A stretch of 64,000 nt of DNA from Hyphomicrobiaceae bacterium (GCA_035652635.1 DASRDL010000143.1:899-64898), one strand, 5' to 3'. Shown: positions 27,772 to 37,598, numbered from the stretch's first letter. A program made the numbers and translations. The notes: generated by a model not told the origin, from the letters alone.

Positions 27772-28361
27772 GAGCGATGCTCCCGGCGTTCGCCAGCGGC
27801 GGCGCCCAGATCGATGCGATAGCGCAGCCGCACCCCGTCACCATAGGCACGGTTGACGAATTCCTCCACGAGGTATCCGTGGTTGGCCTCGATGACGCGT
27901 CCCGAGGCGAAGTTGCCCTTGTCGGTGGTGATCTCCAGGCTGCGCAGGCCGACCGCGCGCGCGTCGTCCAGCATCAGGCGCAGCGCCTCGGTGGCGTAGC
28001 CGCGGCGGCGCTTCCAGGGCACGACCGCGTAGCCCACGTGGCCGAGCGCGTGGGGCGGAAGAGCGTCCGTGCCCGGCTGCCAGCGCAGCCCGATCTGCCC
28101 CGCGAATTCGCCGTCCCACATCCAGCGCACCCGGTTGGGCAGCTTCGGCACCTCGCGGCCGTCCGGCAGCGTGATGGTGCCGGACTGGCTCAGCAGCGAC
28201 GCCAGGAACGCAGGCGCATCCGCGCGGATGGCGCGCAAATGCTCGGCGCTCACGTCGCGGACGTTGTTGGGCGACCAGCCCCGGCTCAAAGCGTCCGCAT
28301 AGCCCGGCAGCAGCGCGAGGCTCGGCTCGACGAGACGCAGGCGGGAGTCCGGCGCTGCCAT
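27768..28361 (-). CDS. GNAT-family N-acetyltransferase
   Basis: Starts MAAPDSRLRLVEP within ORF 27768-29660. Acetyl-CoA motif WKRRRGYATEALR. ATGA overlap with the downstream enolase-family start. Confidence 0.8.
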   Translation of the reverse strand: MAAPDSRLRLVEPSLALLPGYADALSRGWSPNNVRDVSAEHLRAIRADAPAFLASLLSQSGTITLPDGREVPKLPNRVRWMWDGEFAGQIGLRWQPGTDALPPHALGHVGYAVVPWKRRRGYATEALRLMLDDARAVGLRSLEITTDKGNFASGRVIEANHGYLVEEFVNRAYGDGVRLRYRIDLGAAAGERREHRS

Positions 28362-28381
28362 TGGCCTCCCACACCCCGCGC

Positions 28382-29602
28382 CTACGCGCTGCGGTAGAGC
28401 TTCGTCATGACGAACTCGCGATGGCCCAGCGTCTCGGCCGCGGTGAGGCGACCGTTGGCGGTACGGATGACCATGTCGATCAGGGCATCGCCCGCGGTGT
28501 CGAGCGTCAGCTCCCGGCGCAGGATGCCCGACACGTCGAGGTCGATGTGCTCGGACATGGTGCGCACCGTGCGCGGATTGGCGGAGAGCTTGATCACCGG
28601 CACGATAGGGTTGCCGATGATGTTGCCCTGGCCGGTCGGGAAGGTGTGCACGACATAGCCGGCCGCGGCCATCAGGGTCACGCATTCCGCCGCCGCCGAG
28701 GACGTATCCATGTAGTAGAGGCCGGGGCCTGCCGCCGGCGCCTCGGCCGGCTCGAGCACCTCGATGAATTTGCAGGTGCGGCCGATCTTCTCGAGGTTGC
28801 CCAGCGCCTTCTCCTCGATGGTGGTGAGCCCGCCGGCGATGTTGCCCTTGGTTGGCTGGCTGTCCATGAGATTGTCGGTCCTGTGGGCCTCGATCACCTC
28901 GTCCTGGTAGGCTTTGAACACCTCCATCCATTTCTTGCCGATCTCGGGCGTGGCGGCGCGCGCCGCGGCGATGTGCTCGGCGCCGGTGATCTCCGAGGTC
29001 TCGCCGAATACACCGTAGATGCCCTTGGGAATGAGCTTGTCGTACATGTTGCCGACGGTCGGGCAGGAGCCGAGCCCCGTCGTGGTGTCGCTCTCGCCGC
29101 ACTTGGTCGACACCCACAGATCCGAGATGGCGCACTCCTCGCGCTTGAGCTCGGAGGCCCACTGCAGGAACTCCTTGGCCTTGTAGGAGGCCTTGGCGAT
29201 GGTGGCGATGTCGCCGTGGAGCTCGATGCCGAAGCCGGCCACCGGCTTGCCGGTCTTGGCGATGCCGTCGACGACGCGCTGGGTCCAGCCGTCCTCGATG
29301 CCGATGACGACGACGGCGGCGACGTTGGGGTTGGAGCCGGTGCCGATCAGCGTGCGGAAATGCAGGTCGAGGTCGGCGCCGAACTGAAGCCGGCCGTAGG
29401 CATGCGGCAGCGCCAGCGTGCCCTTGATGTTGTTGGCCACCGCTTCGCACGCCGCGTTGGAGAGGTCGTCGAGCGGCAGGATGACGACGTGGTTGCGTAC
29501 GCCGACGCGGCCGTTCTCGCGGCGCCAGCCGTGAAAGCTCAGGTTGCTGCCGGACTTGGCCGGCTTGCCGTTGGACTTCGTTGCCATCGTGTTTGCTCTC
29601 AC
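28382..29602 (-). CDS. UxaA/GarD/SuyB-type dehydratase, large (catalytic) subunit
   Basis: Altronate-dehydratase C-terminal domain pattern ([29 protein letters not shown]). GTG 29602 overlaps the small-subunit stop. ATG 29587 is an alternative start. Confidence 0.85.
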   Translation of the reverse strand: MRANTMATKSNGKPAKSGSNLSFHGWRRENGRVGVRNHVVILPLDDLSNAACEAVANNIKGTLALPHAYGRLQFGADLDLHFRTLIGTGSNPNVAAVVVIGIEDGWTQRVVDGIAKTGKPVAGFGIELHGDIATIAKASYKAKEFLQWASELKREECAISDLWVSTKCGESDTTTGLGSCPTVGNMYDKLIPKGIYGVFGETSEITGAEHIAAARAATPEIGKKWMEVFKAYQDEVIEAHRTDNLMDSQPTKGNIAGGLTTIEEKALGNLEKIGRTCKFIEVLEPAEAPAAGPGLYYMDTSSAAAECVTLMAAAGYVVHTFPTGQGNIIGNPIVPVIKLSANPRTVRTMSEHIDLDVSGILRRELTLDTAGDALIDMVIRTANGRLTAAETLGHREFVMTKLYRSA

Positions 29603-29886
29603 CAGCGCTTGGTCTTGAGGTTCTGCACGTGGACGTGCTCGCCCACGCCGGCGTCGGCAACCATGCGGCCGATGTCCTCGCCGTACTTGATCACCGTCTC
29701 GCCCTTCTTCAGGGGCTTCAGCGCCACCTTGTGGCCGATGGGGATGTCGTCCTTGGCCTTGAGCGACATGGTCTTGTCGGTCTCGGTGATCACGCCCAGC
29801 ATGTCGGTGCCGGCGCGCAGGCCCTCGACCACGATGACGCCCACGTTGTCCTTCGGGCTATGGACCAGAAAGTGCGGTGTTGACAC
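29599..29886 (-). CDS. UxaA/SuyA-type dehydratase, small SAF-domain subunit
   Basis: [17 protein letters not shown]...[26 protein letters not shown]...GEHVHVQNL matches the N-terminal SAF domain of UxaA. GTG 29886 preceded by AAGGGGA. ATG 29919 is an alternative start. Confidence 0.8.
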   Translation of the reverse strand: MSTPHFLVHSPKDNVGVIVVEGLRAGTDMLGVITETDKTMSLKAKDDIPIGHKVALKPLKKGETVIKYGEDIGRMVADAGVGEHVHVQNLKTKRW

Positions 29887-29957
29887 GCTTTTTCCCCTTG
29901 TTCCTCGACCGGCGCCCATGCTTGGTGGTCGCCCGTGTACGTGCATACGGCGCCTAT

Positions 29958-29969
29958 TCTTATATAAGA
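29958..29969. promoter_or_regulatory. perfect 12-bp palindrome TCTTATATAAGA (candidate GntR operator)
   Basis: AT-rich palindrome in the 127-bp divergent region between the dehydratase operon and the GntR gene. Confidence 0.45.
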
Positions 29970-29987
29970 TATGGCGGGTAATCCAGC

Positions 29988-29999
29988 GGCCAATTGGCC
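29988..29999. promoter_or_regulatory. perfect 12-bp palindrome GGCCAATTGGCC
   Basis: Second palindrome, 15 bp upstream of the GntR ATG at 30014. Confidence 0.35.
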
Positions 30000-30013
30000 C
30001 ACGAGCGCGCGCC

Positions 30014-30739
30014 ATGAGCCAGCCCCAGGAAGACGACAGCCGACCGCTCTATGTGCAGGTGCGGGAGCGCCTCATCGACCGCATCCGCTCGGGTGCCTGG
30101 AAGCCGGGCCAGCTGATCCCCAACGAGTTCGAGATCGCCGCCGAATATGGCGTGAGCCAGGGCACGGCGCGCAAAGCCATCAGCGAACTGGCCTCCGAGG
30201 GGCTGGTGGTGCGCCGCCAGGGCCGCGGCACGTTCGTGGTGGAGCACACACCCGCGCACGTCCTGTTCCGCTTCTTCAACCTCTACGATGCGAGCGGCGC
30301 GCCGGTGATCCCCGACAGCCGGGACTGGCGGCGGAGCGTCGGCCGCGCGACGGCCGAGGAGCGCGCTACGCTCGGCCTCGGCGAGGACGCCGCCGTGATC
30401 CGCATGGTGCGCACCCGCACCCGGGAGGGGCGGCCGTTCATCGCGGAGACCATCACGCTGCCCGAGGCGCTGTTTCCGGGACTGGCCAACGCGCCCGAGG
30501 TACCCAACACGCTCTACGATCTCTTCCAGAAGGCCTACGGCGTGCTCATGACGCGCACGAGCGACCGGCTCTCGGCGGTGGCCGCCGATGCGGAGACCGC
30601 GGCCACGCTGGGCATCGCGCCGGGGACGCCGCTGCTGCGCATCGACCGCATCGGCTTCGCCCTCGACGACACGCCGGTGGAATGGCGCGTGAGCCTGTGC
30701 AACCTCGAGAACGCGCACTACCTGGCGCGGAACAAGTAG
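30014..30739 (+). CDS. GntR/HutC-family transcriptional regulator (wHTH + UTRA), paralogue of 15513-16247
   Basis: Starts MSQPQEDDSRPLYVQV within ORF 28361-30739. EIAAEYGVSQGTARKAI, VVRRQGRGTFV. Divergent from the dehydratase operon. Confidence 0.88.
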   Translation: MSQPQEDDSRPLYVQVRERLIDRIRSGAWKPGQLIPNEFEIAAEYGVSQGTARKAISELASEGLVVRRQGRGTFVVEHTPAHVLFRFFNLYDASGAPVIPDSRDWRRSVGRATAEERATLGLGEDAAVIRMVRTRTREGRPFIAETITLPEALFPGLANAPEVPNTLYDLFQKAYGVLMTRTSDRLSAVAADAETAATLGIAPGTPLLRIDRIGFALDDTPVEWRVSLCNLENAHYLARNK

Positions 30740-30743
30740 GGGT

Positions 30744-30838
30744 GTAGGGCGCAAGAGGCGAAGCCGTATTGCGCCGACACGTCGAGTTGCCGGCGATGTT
30801 GGATGGGCGCAATACGCCTGACGGCTCTTGCGCCCTAC
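30744..30838. repeat. REP doublet B (REPIN), family 1
   Basis: GTAGGGCGCAAGAGGCGAAGCCGTATTGCGCCGA (30744-30777) and inverted TGGGCGCAATACGCCTGACGGCTCTTGCGCCCTAC (30804-30838). Confidence 0.92.
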
Positions 30839-30854
30839 GCCGCGGGCGCGTGGT

Positions 30855-32522
30855 TCACACCTTGCCGTCGACAATCACGTCGAGCAGCTTGGGGCCCGGC
30901 GTGGAGAAGGCGCGGCGCAGCGCGGGGCCGACCGCATCGGGCTCGGCGATGCGCTCGGACGGCATGCCCATGGACTGGGCCAGCGCGGCGAAGTCGATCT
31001 TGGGGTCGGCGAAGTCCATGCCGATGAAGTTGCTGTTGCCGTGGAAGGAGAGGAGGCGCTGCTTGATGATGCGGTAGCCGCCGTTGTTGGCGATGACGTA
31101 GGTGATGGGCAGCTTGAGGTGCGCCGCGGTCCACAGCGCCTGGATCGTATACATTGCGCTGCCGTCGCCCGAGTAGCACAGCACCGGTCGCGGGGCCTGC
31201 GCCAGTGCCACGCCCACCGCCGCCGGCACTCCCCAGCCGATGCCGCCCGAGGCCAGCGCGTGGTAGCCGTAGCGGTCGCGATAGGGGATGAGGTCGCTCA
31301 AGTGGCGCCCGGAGGTCAGGCTCTCGTTGACGACGACGGCGTCCTTCGGCAGGGCATTGGCGATCTGCAGGGAGAGCCAGTCCCCATCGATCGGCGTCGC
31401 CGCGGCGCGGCCCTCGAAACGCTCCGCCAGGCCGGCGCGCTTGGCCGTCCAATTGCTCTTCGCCAGCTCAGCGATAGCCGCCTTGGCCCGGGCTGCGAGG
31501 CGATCGCCGCCTTGCTTCCCCAGCACGGGCACCAGCGCCGTCAGCGTCTCGCGCACGTCGGCGCGCACGGCCATCTCCGCGGGGTAGTTCTTGCCCATGT
31601 CCCAGTCGATGAGGCCGATGTGGACGGTGGCCATGCCCTCGGGCAGCGGCTCGACCTCGCTCCACACCGACATGCGCACCGGATCGGAGCCCAGCGCGAC
31701 GAGCAGATCGTACTTGGAGAGCACGCCGCGCACCTGGGCCTGGTCGCGCGAGAGCCCGCCCATGTAGCAGGGATGCTCGGAGAGGAAATGGGCGCCGTAA
31801 GCGACGCTCTGCTGCAGGACGGGCGCGCCCAGCGCTTCGGCGAACCTGGCTGCGGCCTCCAGCGCGTCGCTCTTCACGATCTCGTCGCCGACGACGATGA
31901 CGGGGCGCTCCGCCTGCAGCAGCCGCCTGGCCAGCCGGTCGAGCACGGCGTCGGAGGGGCGGGCGCGGGTCTCGACGCGGGTCGAGGCGCCGAGCTCGAT
32001 GCCGGCCTCGGCGTTGAGGATGTCGCCGGGCAGCGACAGGAACACGGGGCCGGTCGGCGGCGTCATCGCCACCTTGGCCGCGCGCCGCACGATGCGCGGC
32101 AGGTCTTCCAGGCGCGTCACCTCAACGGCCCACTTCACCAGCGGCGAGGCGATCGGCACCAGCGGATCGTAGAGCAGCGGCTCGGTGAGGCCGTGGCCCT
32201 GCTCCTGCTGGCCGGCGGTGAGGATCATCGGCGTGCCGGTGAACTTGGCGTTGTAGAGCGAGCCCATGGCATTGCCGAGGCCGGGCGCCACGTGCACGTT
32301 GCAGGCGACGAGCTTGCCGCTGGCGCGCGAGTAGCCGTCCGCCATGGCGACGACGATGCCCTCGTGCAGGCCCAGCACGTAGGTGAGATCCGGGTGCTCC
32401 TTCAGCGCATGCATGATCGGCAGCTCGGTGGTGCCCGGGTTGCCGAAGAGATGCGTGACACCCTCGTCCTTGAGGAGCGCGAGGAAGGCTGAGCGGCCGG
32501 TGATGCGGTTCATGGGGGCCAT
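30855..32522 (-). CDS. thiamine-diphosphate enzyme, benzoylformate decarboxylase-like
   Basis: Starts MAPMNRITG within ORF 30855-32747. FGNPGTTELP, LVKWAVEV, ThDP motif GDGSAMYTIQALWTAAHLKLPITYVIANNGGY. Resembles P. putida MdlC throughout. Confidence 0.85.
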   Translation of the reverse strand: MAPMNRITGRSAFLALLKDEGVTHLFGNPGTTELPIMHALKEHPDLTYVLGLHEGIVVAMADGYSRASGKLVACNVHVAPGLGNAMGSLYNAKFTGTPMILTAGQQEQGHGLTEPLLYDPLVPIASPLVKWAVEVTRLEDLPRIVRRAAKVAMTPPTGPVFLSLPGDILNAEAGIELGASTRVETRARPSDAVLDRLARRLLQAERPVIVVGDEIVKSDALEAAARFAEALGAPVLQQSVAYGAHFLSEHPCYMGGLSRDQAQVRGVLSKYDLLVALGSDPVRMSVWSEVEPLPEGMATVHIGLIDWDMGKNYPAEMAVRADVRETLTALVPVLGKQGGDRLAARAKAAIAELAKSNWTAKRAGLAERFEGRAAATPIDGDWLSLQIANALPKDAVVVNESLTSGRHLSDLIPYRDRYGYHALASGGIGWGVPAAVGVALAQAPRPVLCYSGDGSAMYTIQALWTAAHLKLPITYVIANNGGYRIIKQRLLSFHGNSNFIGMDFADPKIDFAALAQSMGMPSERIAEPDAVGPALRRAFSTPGPKLLDVIVDGKV

Positions 32523-32669
32523 GGGAACTGGGCCTCGATTTGCGAGCGAGCCGCGACAAGCTACGTCGCGCGGCCGCTGATGAGAAGCACGTTGGAGGAG
32601 TGATGGCCGCATCGAAGGACTGTTTTGCCGCCACGCGTCAGATTGGACCAGCCCAGCCCTCGGCATCAT

Positions 32670-32804
32670 GTCACACGCTCCGCCCGCGTCCTGAGCTTGT
32701 CGAAGGACGGACCGCGCATGCAAACCGTGCTTCGACAGGCTCAGCACGGGGTTGGAGAGTCAGCATGGGGTTGGAGCGTGTCGGCACGGGTTGGAGCGTG
32801 TGAG
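32670..32804. repeat. palindromic repeat family 2, copy 2, with triplicated terminal module
   Basis: GTCACACGCTCC...GTCCTGAGCTTGTCGAAGGACGG...GTGCTTCGACAGGCTCAGCACGGGGTTGGAGAGT, then two further GGGGTTGGAGCGTGT modules. Confidence 0.9.
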
Positions 32805-33016
32805 ATGAGATACCGGGCGGCGGGCCGAGCCTGCGCCCATGGGTATTGCACTCGCTCTTTCACTCTTTCGGGAACCGCAGCAACCAATCCATGTGATCCT
32901 CGCCACGCGGGCCTTGAAGGGCTTGCCCTCGGCGGGGCCCGCGTTTAGCGTGGCACCACAACAACAACGCCGGTTGCCGGTCAAGGCATCGGCGAGGGGC
33001 CCTGGGGAGGAAAGTG

Positions 33017-34612
33017 ATGCGCTCGAAGCTCGTCTTCGGAATTGCTTTGGCGTTTGCCGCCGCGAGTCAGGCCGCCGCGCCGGCGCTGGCCCAGAAGCAG
33101 GGCGGCACGCTGCGCATCTACCATCGCGACAACCTGCCGAGCGGCTCGATCCACGAGGAAGCCACCATCTCCACGGTGCAGCCCTTCATGGGCGTGTTCA
33201 ACAACCTCGTCGTCTACGACCAGCAGAAGCCGCTGAACACGCCCGAGACCATCGTGCCCGACCTCGCCGACAGCTGGGCCTGGGACGCGACCAACACCAA
33301 GCTCACGTTCAAGCTGCACCAGGGCGTCAAGTGGCACGACGGCAAGCCGTTCACCGCCAAGGACGTGCAGTGCACGTGGAACAAGCTGACGGGCAAGGAC
33401 CCCGACGACTTCCGCAAGAACCCGCGCGCCATCTGGTGGCACAACCTCAAGGAAGTGACGGTCAACGGCGACTACGAGGTGACCTTCGTCCTCAACCGGC
33501 CGCAGCCGTCGTTCCTGTCGCTGTTCGCCTCGGGCTACACGCCCGTCTATCCCTGCCACGTGTCGACCAAGGACATGCGCACCAATCCCATCGGCACGGG
33601 GCCGTTCAAATTCGTCGAGTTCAAGCGCGGCGACACGGTGAAGTTCGCGCGCAACCCCGACTACTTCAAGAAGGGCAAGCCCCACGTCGACGCTATCGAG
33701 TGGAAGGTGATCGAGAACCGCTCGACGCGCATCCTCGCGTTCGTGGCCGGCGAGTTCGACATGACATTCGGCACCGACGTGACGATCCCCCTGCTCAAGG
33801 ATGTCAACTCCCAGGCGCCGAAGGCCGTGTGCGAGGTCGCCCCGACGTACGTCTCGATCAACCTGATCATCAATCCCAAGACTGCGCCGTTCAACGATCC
33901 CAAGATCCGCAAGGCGATGGCGCTGGCCCTCGATCGCAAGGCGTTCATCGATATCCTGAGCAACGGCAAGGACGATATCGCGGGGGTCATGCTGCCTCCG
34001 CCGGAGGGCAAGTGGGGAATGCCGCCGGAAGTCCTGCAAACACTGCCTGGATATGCCGCGGACGTGGAGAAGAGCCGCGCCGAGGCACGCAAGATCATGG
34101 AAGGCCTCGGCTACAGCGAGGCCAAGCCGCTGCCCGTCAAGGTTTCGACGCGCAACATCGCCGTCTATCGCGACCCGGCCGTCATCCTCATCGATCAGCT
34201 CAAGAAGGTTCATATCGCCGGCGAGCTGGATGTCGTCGATACCAGCATCTGGCATGCCAAGGTGACGCGCGGCGAATACTCGGTCGGCCTGAACCTCACC
34301 GGGGTAAGTGTCGATGATCCCGACGTGAACCTCTACGAGAACTACAGCTGCAACTCCGAGCGCAACCTGACCAAGTACTGCAACAAGGAGGTGGACGCGC
34401 TCATCGACAAGCAATCGCAGGAACTCGACGTCGAGAAGCGCAAGCAGATCGTATGGGAGATCGAGAGAAAGCTCGCCGAGGACCTCGCCCGGCCGATCAT
34501 CTCCTACCAGCGGTCGGCCACCTGCTGGCAGCCCTACGTGAAAGGCTTCGTGCTGCACCACAACAGCATCTACAACAACTGGCGCTACGAGGACGTCTGG
34601 CTGGACAAGTGA
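33017..34612 (+). CDS. ABC transporter substrate-binding protein, family 5 (peptide/opine/nickel type)
   Basis: Signal peptide AAPALAQ, SBP_bac_5 pattern, first gene of a 5-gene transporter operon. GTG 33014 is an alternative start. Confidence 0.88.
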   Translation: MRSKLVFGIALAFAAASQAAAPALAQKQGGTLRIYHRDNLPSGSIHEEATISTVQPFMGVFNNLVVYDQQKPLNTPETIVPDLADSWAWDATNTKLTFKLHQGVKWHDGKPFTAKDVQCTWNKLTGKDPDDFRKNPRAIWWHNLKEVTVNGDYEVTFVLNRPQPSFLSLFASGYTPVYPCHVSTKDMRTNPIGTGPFKFVEFKRGDTVKFARNPDYFKKGKPHVDAIEWKVIENRSTRILAFVAGEFDMTFGTDVTIPLLKDVNSQAPKAVCEVAPTYVSINLIINPKTAPFNDPKIRKAMALALDRKAFIDILSNGKDDIAGVMLPPPEGKWGMPPEVLQTLPGYAADVEKSRAEARKIMEGLGYSEAKPLPVKVSTRNIAVYRDPAVILIDQLKKVHIAGELDVVDTSIWHAKVTRGEYSVGLNLTGVSVDDPDVNLYENYSCNSERNLTKYCNKEVDALIDKQSQELDVEKRKQIVWEIERKLAEDLARPIISYQRSATCWQPYVKGFVLHHNSIYNNWRYEDVWLDK

Positions 34613-34621
34613 GAGTCCCGA

Positions 34622-34647
34622 CCCTCTCCCCGCAAGCGGGGAGAGGG
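34622..34647 (+). terminator. GC-rich hairpin (CCCTCCCC family variant) after the SBP gene, possible attenuating terminator
   Basis: CCCTCTCCCCGC-AA-GCGGGGAGAGGG, 10 nt after the stop. No T-run. Confidence 0.4.
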
Positions 34648-34682
34648 AGTTCGCCACACCAAGGAAGGCCAGGAGACCTGAA

Positions 34683-35630
34683 GTGGGAGCCTACATCGCC
34701 CGCCGCCTGCTCCTGATGCTCGTGACCTTGATCGGCATGTCGATGCTGATCTTCGTGATGCTGCGCCTCGTGCCCGGCAACATCACGGACATCATCTTCG
34801 ACTCCGCGGGCTTCGTGAACCCGGCGGCAAAGAAGAAGATCGAGCACCAGCTCGGGCTCGACCAGCCGATCGCCGTCCAGTACGTCAACTGGATCGGCGG
34901 GCTGATGCGCGGCGACCTCGGCTACGCCTACGTGTCGGAGAAGCCGGCCATCGACGAGATCCTGCCGCGCATCCCCGTCACCGCCAAGCTGGCCGGCCTC
35001 GCGCTCGTCTTCGCCACGCTGTTCGGCGTGCCGCTGGGCGTCGTCAGCGCCGTGCGCCAGAACACGACACTCGACTACGTGCTCAGGGTGATAAGCCTGA
35101 GCGGGCTATCGCTGCCTTCATTCTGGCTCGGCCTGCTGATCCTGATGGCTTTCGTCCAGTTCCTGGGCTGGATCCCAATCTACAAGAGCAACCCCGCCAG
35201 CGTGTGGGAGGAGATCGCGCTGCTCAGCATCCCCGCGGCAGCTGTCGGCTTCCGCAGCTCGGCCCTCGTCATGCGGCTCACGCGCTCGTCCATGCTGGAG
35301 GTGCTGCGCCAGGACTATATCCGCACCGCGCGGGCGAAGGGCGCATCCGAGACCTCGGTCAACTACGACCACGCGCTGCGCAACGCGGTGCTGCCGGTGG
35401 TCACCATCATCGGCATCGAGGCGGCCTTCCTGATCGGCGGCCTGATCGTCACCGAGACCGTCTTCAACATTCCAGGCGTCGCCCGCTTCCTGGTGGAGGC
35501 GATCCGCTGGCGCGACTATCCGATCGTGCAGAACCTCGTGATGTTCATCGCGGTAATCGTGGTGTTCGTGAACTTCATCGTCGACCTGTTGTACGTCGTG
35601 CTCGATCCGCGCATCAAGTACGAGGGATAG
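34683..35630 (+). CDS. ABC transporter permease (DppB/OppB-like)
   Basis: Six hydrophobic segments. N-terminal YIARRLLLMLVTLIG and EAA-like region typical of BPD_transp_1 permeases. Confidence 0.88.
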   Translation: MGAYIARRLLLMLVTLIGMSMLIFVMLRLVPGNITDIIFDSAGFVNPAAKKKIEHQLGLDQPIAVQYVNWIGGLMRGDLGYAYVSEKPAIDEILPRIPVTAKLAGLALVFATLFGVPLGVVSAVRQNTTLDYVLRVISLSGLSLPSFWLGLLILMAFVQFLGWIPIYKSNPASVWEEIALLSIPAAAVGFRSSALVMRLTRSSMLEVLRQDYIRTARAKGASETSVNYDHALRNAVLPVVTIIGIEAAFLIGGLIVTETVFNIPGVARFLVEAIRWRDYPIVQNLVMFIAVIVVFVNFIVDLLYVVLDPRIKYEG

Positions 35631-35637
35631 GAGCCAA

Positions 35638-36531
35638 GTGGCGGTCATCGATCACGATGCCGAGCTGGCCCGAGCGGGAGCCAACGTCCATGGCTGGCTC
35701 GGGGCGCTGCTGTTCTTCGTGCGCCGCTATCCGCTGGGGGCCATCGGCGCGGTGATCATGGCGGCATTCCTGGCCATGGCGATGTTCGCTCCCAACATCG
35801 CCACCTTCGATCCCCTCACCACGAATGCGCGCATCTCGTTGGCGCCGCCCGGCGGGGAGCACTTGCTGGGCGCGGACTTCATGGGCCGCGACGTGTTCGC
35901 CCGCATCGTCTACGGCGCGCGCATCTCGCTCGCCGTCAGCGTCGGGGCGACGGTGCTGGGCTGCCTCGTCGGCGTGACGATCGGGCTGATGTCCGGCTTC
36001 TTCGGCGGCTGGTTCGACCTTCTCGTGCAGCGGCTCATGGACATCATGCAGTCCCTGCCGCTCCTGGTGATGGCACTCGTCATGGCGGCCTCGCTCGGGC
36101 CGTCGCTGACCAACACCATCATCGCCATCGCCATTCCTCTGGTGCCCAACGTGGCGCGCATCATCCGCTCCAACACGCTGTCGCTGCGGGAGATGCCGTT
36201 CGTGGAGGCGGCGCGCGCCATCGGCATGACGGAGACGCGCATCGCCGTCGTGCACGTGCTGCCCAACACGCTGGCCCCGCTCATCGTGCTGGCAACCGCC
36301 CAGCTGGGCTCCGCCATCCTGGTCGAGTCGGCGCTGGCCTTCCTGGGCCTCGGCGTGCCCGAGCCCCACCCATCGTGGGGGCGCATGCTCTCCGAGTCGG
36401 CCGCCGAGTACGTGCGCACGGCACCCTGGCTCGTGATCTTCCCCGGCATCGCCATCAGCGCCGTGGTGTTCGGCACCAACCTGTTCGGCGACGCCATCCG
36501 CGACATCCTCGACCCGCGGCAGCGCCTCTGA
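35638..36531 (+). CDS. ABC transporter permease (DppC/OppC-like)
   Basis: GTG start. HLLGADFMGRDVFARIVYGARISL motif typical of OppC/DppC. Confidence 0.88.
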   Translation: MAVIDHDAELARAGANVHGWLGALLFFVRRYPLGAIGAVIMAAFLAMAMFAPNIATFDPLTTNARISLAPPGGEHLLGADFMGRDVFARIVYGARISLAVSVGATVLGCLVGVTIGLMSGFFGGWFDLLVQRLMDIMQSLPLLVMALVMAASLGPSLTNTIIAIAIPLVPNVARIIRSNTLSLREMPFVEAARAIGMTETRIAVVHVLPNTLAPLIVLATAQLGSAILVESALAFLGLGVPEPHPSWGRMLSESAAEYVRTAPWLVIFPGIAISAVVFGTNLFGDAIRDILDPRQRL

Positions 36532-37598
36532 TGTCGGCCCCGCTTGCCATGCCCGTGGACGGCGAGACGCGGCAGGCAGCGCGCGCGAGCCCGCACGTGC
36601 TGGAGGTCGAGGGCCTGCAGACCTACTTCTACACGCGCGCGGGGCTGGTCAAGGCGGTGGACGGGGTGTCGTTCGCGCTGAGGCGGGGCGAGACGCTGGC
36701 GATCGTGGGCGAATCGGGCTGCGGCAAGAGCGTCACGGCCCTCTCGCTGATGCGCCTGATCGCCGATCCGCCGGGACGCATCGTCGGGGGCTCGATCAGG
36801 CTCGACGGCGTCGATCTGCTGGGGCTCGACGCGGAGGCCATGCGCGCGGTGCGCGGCAACCAGATCTCCATGGTGTTCCAGGAGCCGATGACGTCGCTCA
36901 ACCCGGTCATGACCATCGGCCGGCAGATCGGCGAGGCGGTAATGCTGCACCAGCAGCTGTCGCAGAAGGCGGCGCTGGCGCGTGCGGTCGAGATGCTGCA
37001 GCTCGTGGGCATCCCCGAACCCAAACAGCGCGTCAAGGATTACCCGCACCAGCTGTCGGGCGGCATGCGCCAGCGCGCGATGATCGCCATGGCGCTCGCC
37101 TGCAATCCCAAGGTGCTGATCGCGGACGAGCCCACTTCGGCGCTCGACGTCACCATCCAGGCGCAGATCCTCGACCTCGTCGGCAAGCTGCAGCGCGAGC
37201 TCGGCACGGCCGTGATCCTCATCACGCACGACCTGGGCGTCGTGGCCGAGACGGCCGAGCGGGTGATCGTGATGTATGCCGGGCGGAAGGTGGAAGAGGC
37301 CTCGGTGGAGGAGCTGTTCGCGCGCCCGCTGCACCCCTATACGCGCGGCCTCATGAACTCCATCCCGCGCCTCGCCCTGATGCGGCGCGAGGGTGCCGCG
37401 GAGGAGCGCCTGCAGGAGATCCCCGGCGTGGTGCCGGCGCTCAGCAACCTGCCGCAAGCCTGCACGTTCGCGCCGCGCTGCGCCTTCGCCGACGACAAGT
37501 GCCGCGGGCAGTTCCCGCCCTACCAGGAGAAGGCGCCCGGCCACTGGGCCGCGTGCTGGCACTCCGACAAGCTCGCCGGGGCGGCCGATGCTCGATGA
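36531..37598 (+). CDS. ABC transporter ATP-binding protein (DppD/OppD-like)
   Basis: Starts [11 protein letters not shown]. Walker A GESGCGKS, signature LSGGMRQR, Walker [12 protein letters not shown]. 1-nt overlap with the permease stop. Confidence 0.9.
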   Translation: MSAPLAMPVDGETRQAARASPHVLEVEGLQTYFYTRAGLVKAVDGVSFALRRGETLAIVGESGCGKSVTALSLMRLIADPPGRIVGGSIRLDGVDLLGLDAEAMRAVRGNQISMVFQEPMTSLNPVMTIGRQIGEAVMLHQQLSQKAALARAVEMLQLVGIPEPKQRVKDYPHQLSGGMRQRAMIAMALACNPKVLIADEPTSALDVTIQAQILDLVGKLQRELGTAVILITHDLGVVAETAERVIVMYAGRKVEEASVEELFARPLHPYTRGLMNSIPRLALMRREGAAEERLQEIPGVVPALSNLPQACTFAPRCAFADDKCRGQFPPYQEKAPGHWAACWHSDKLAGAADAR

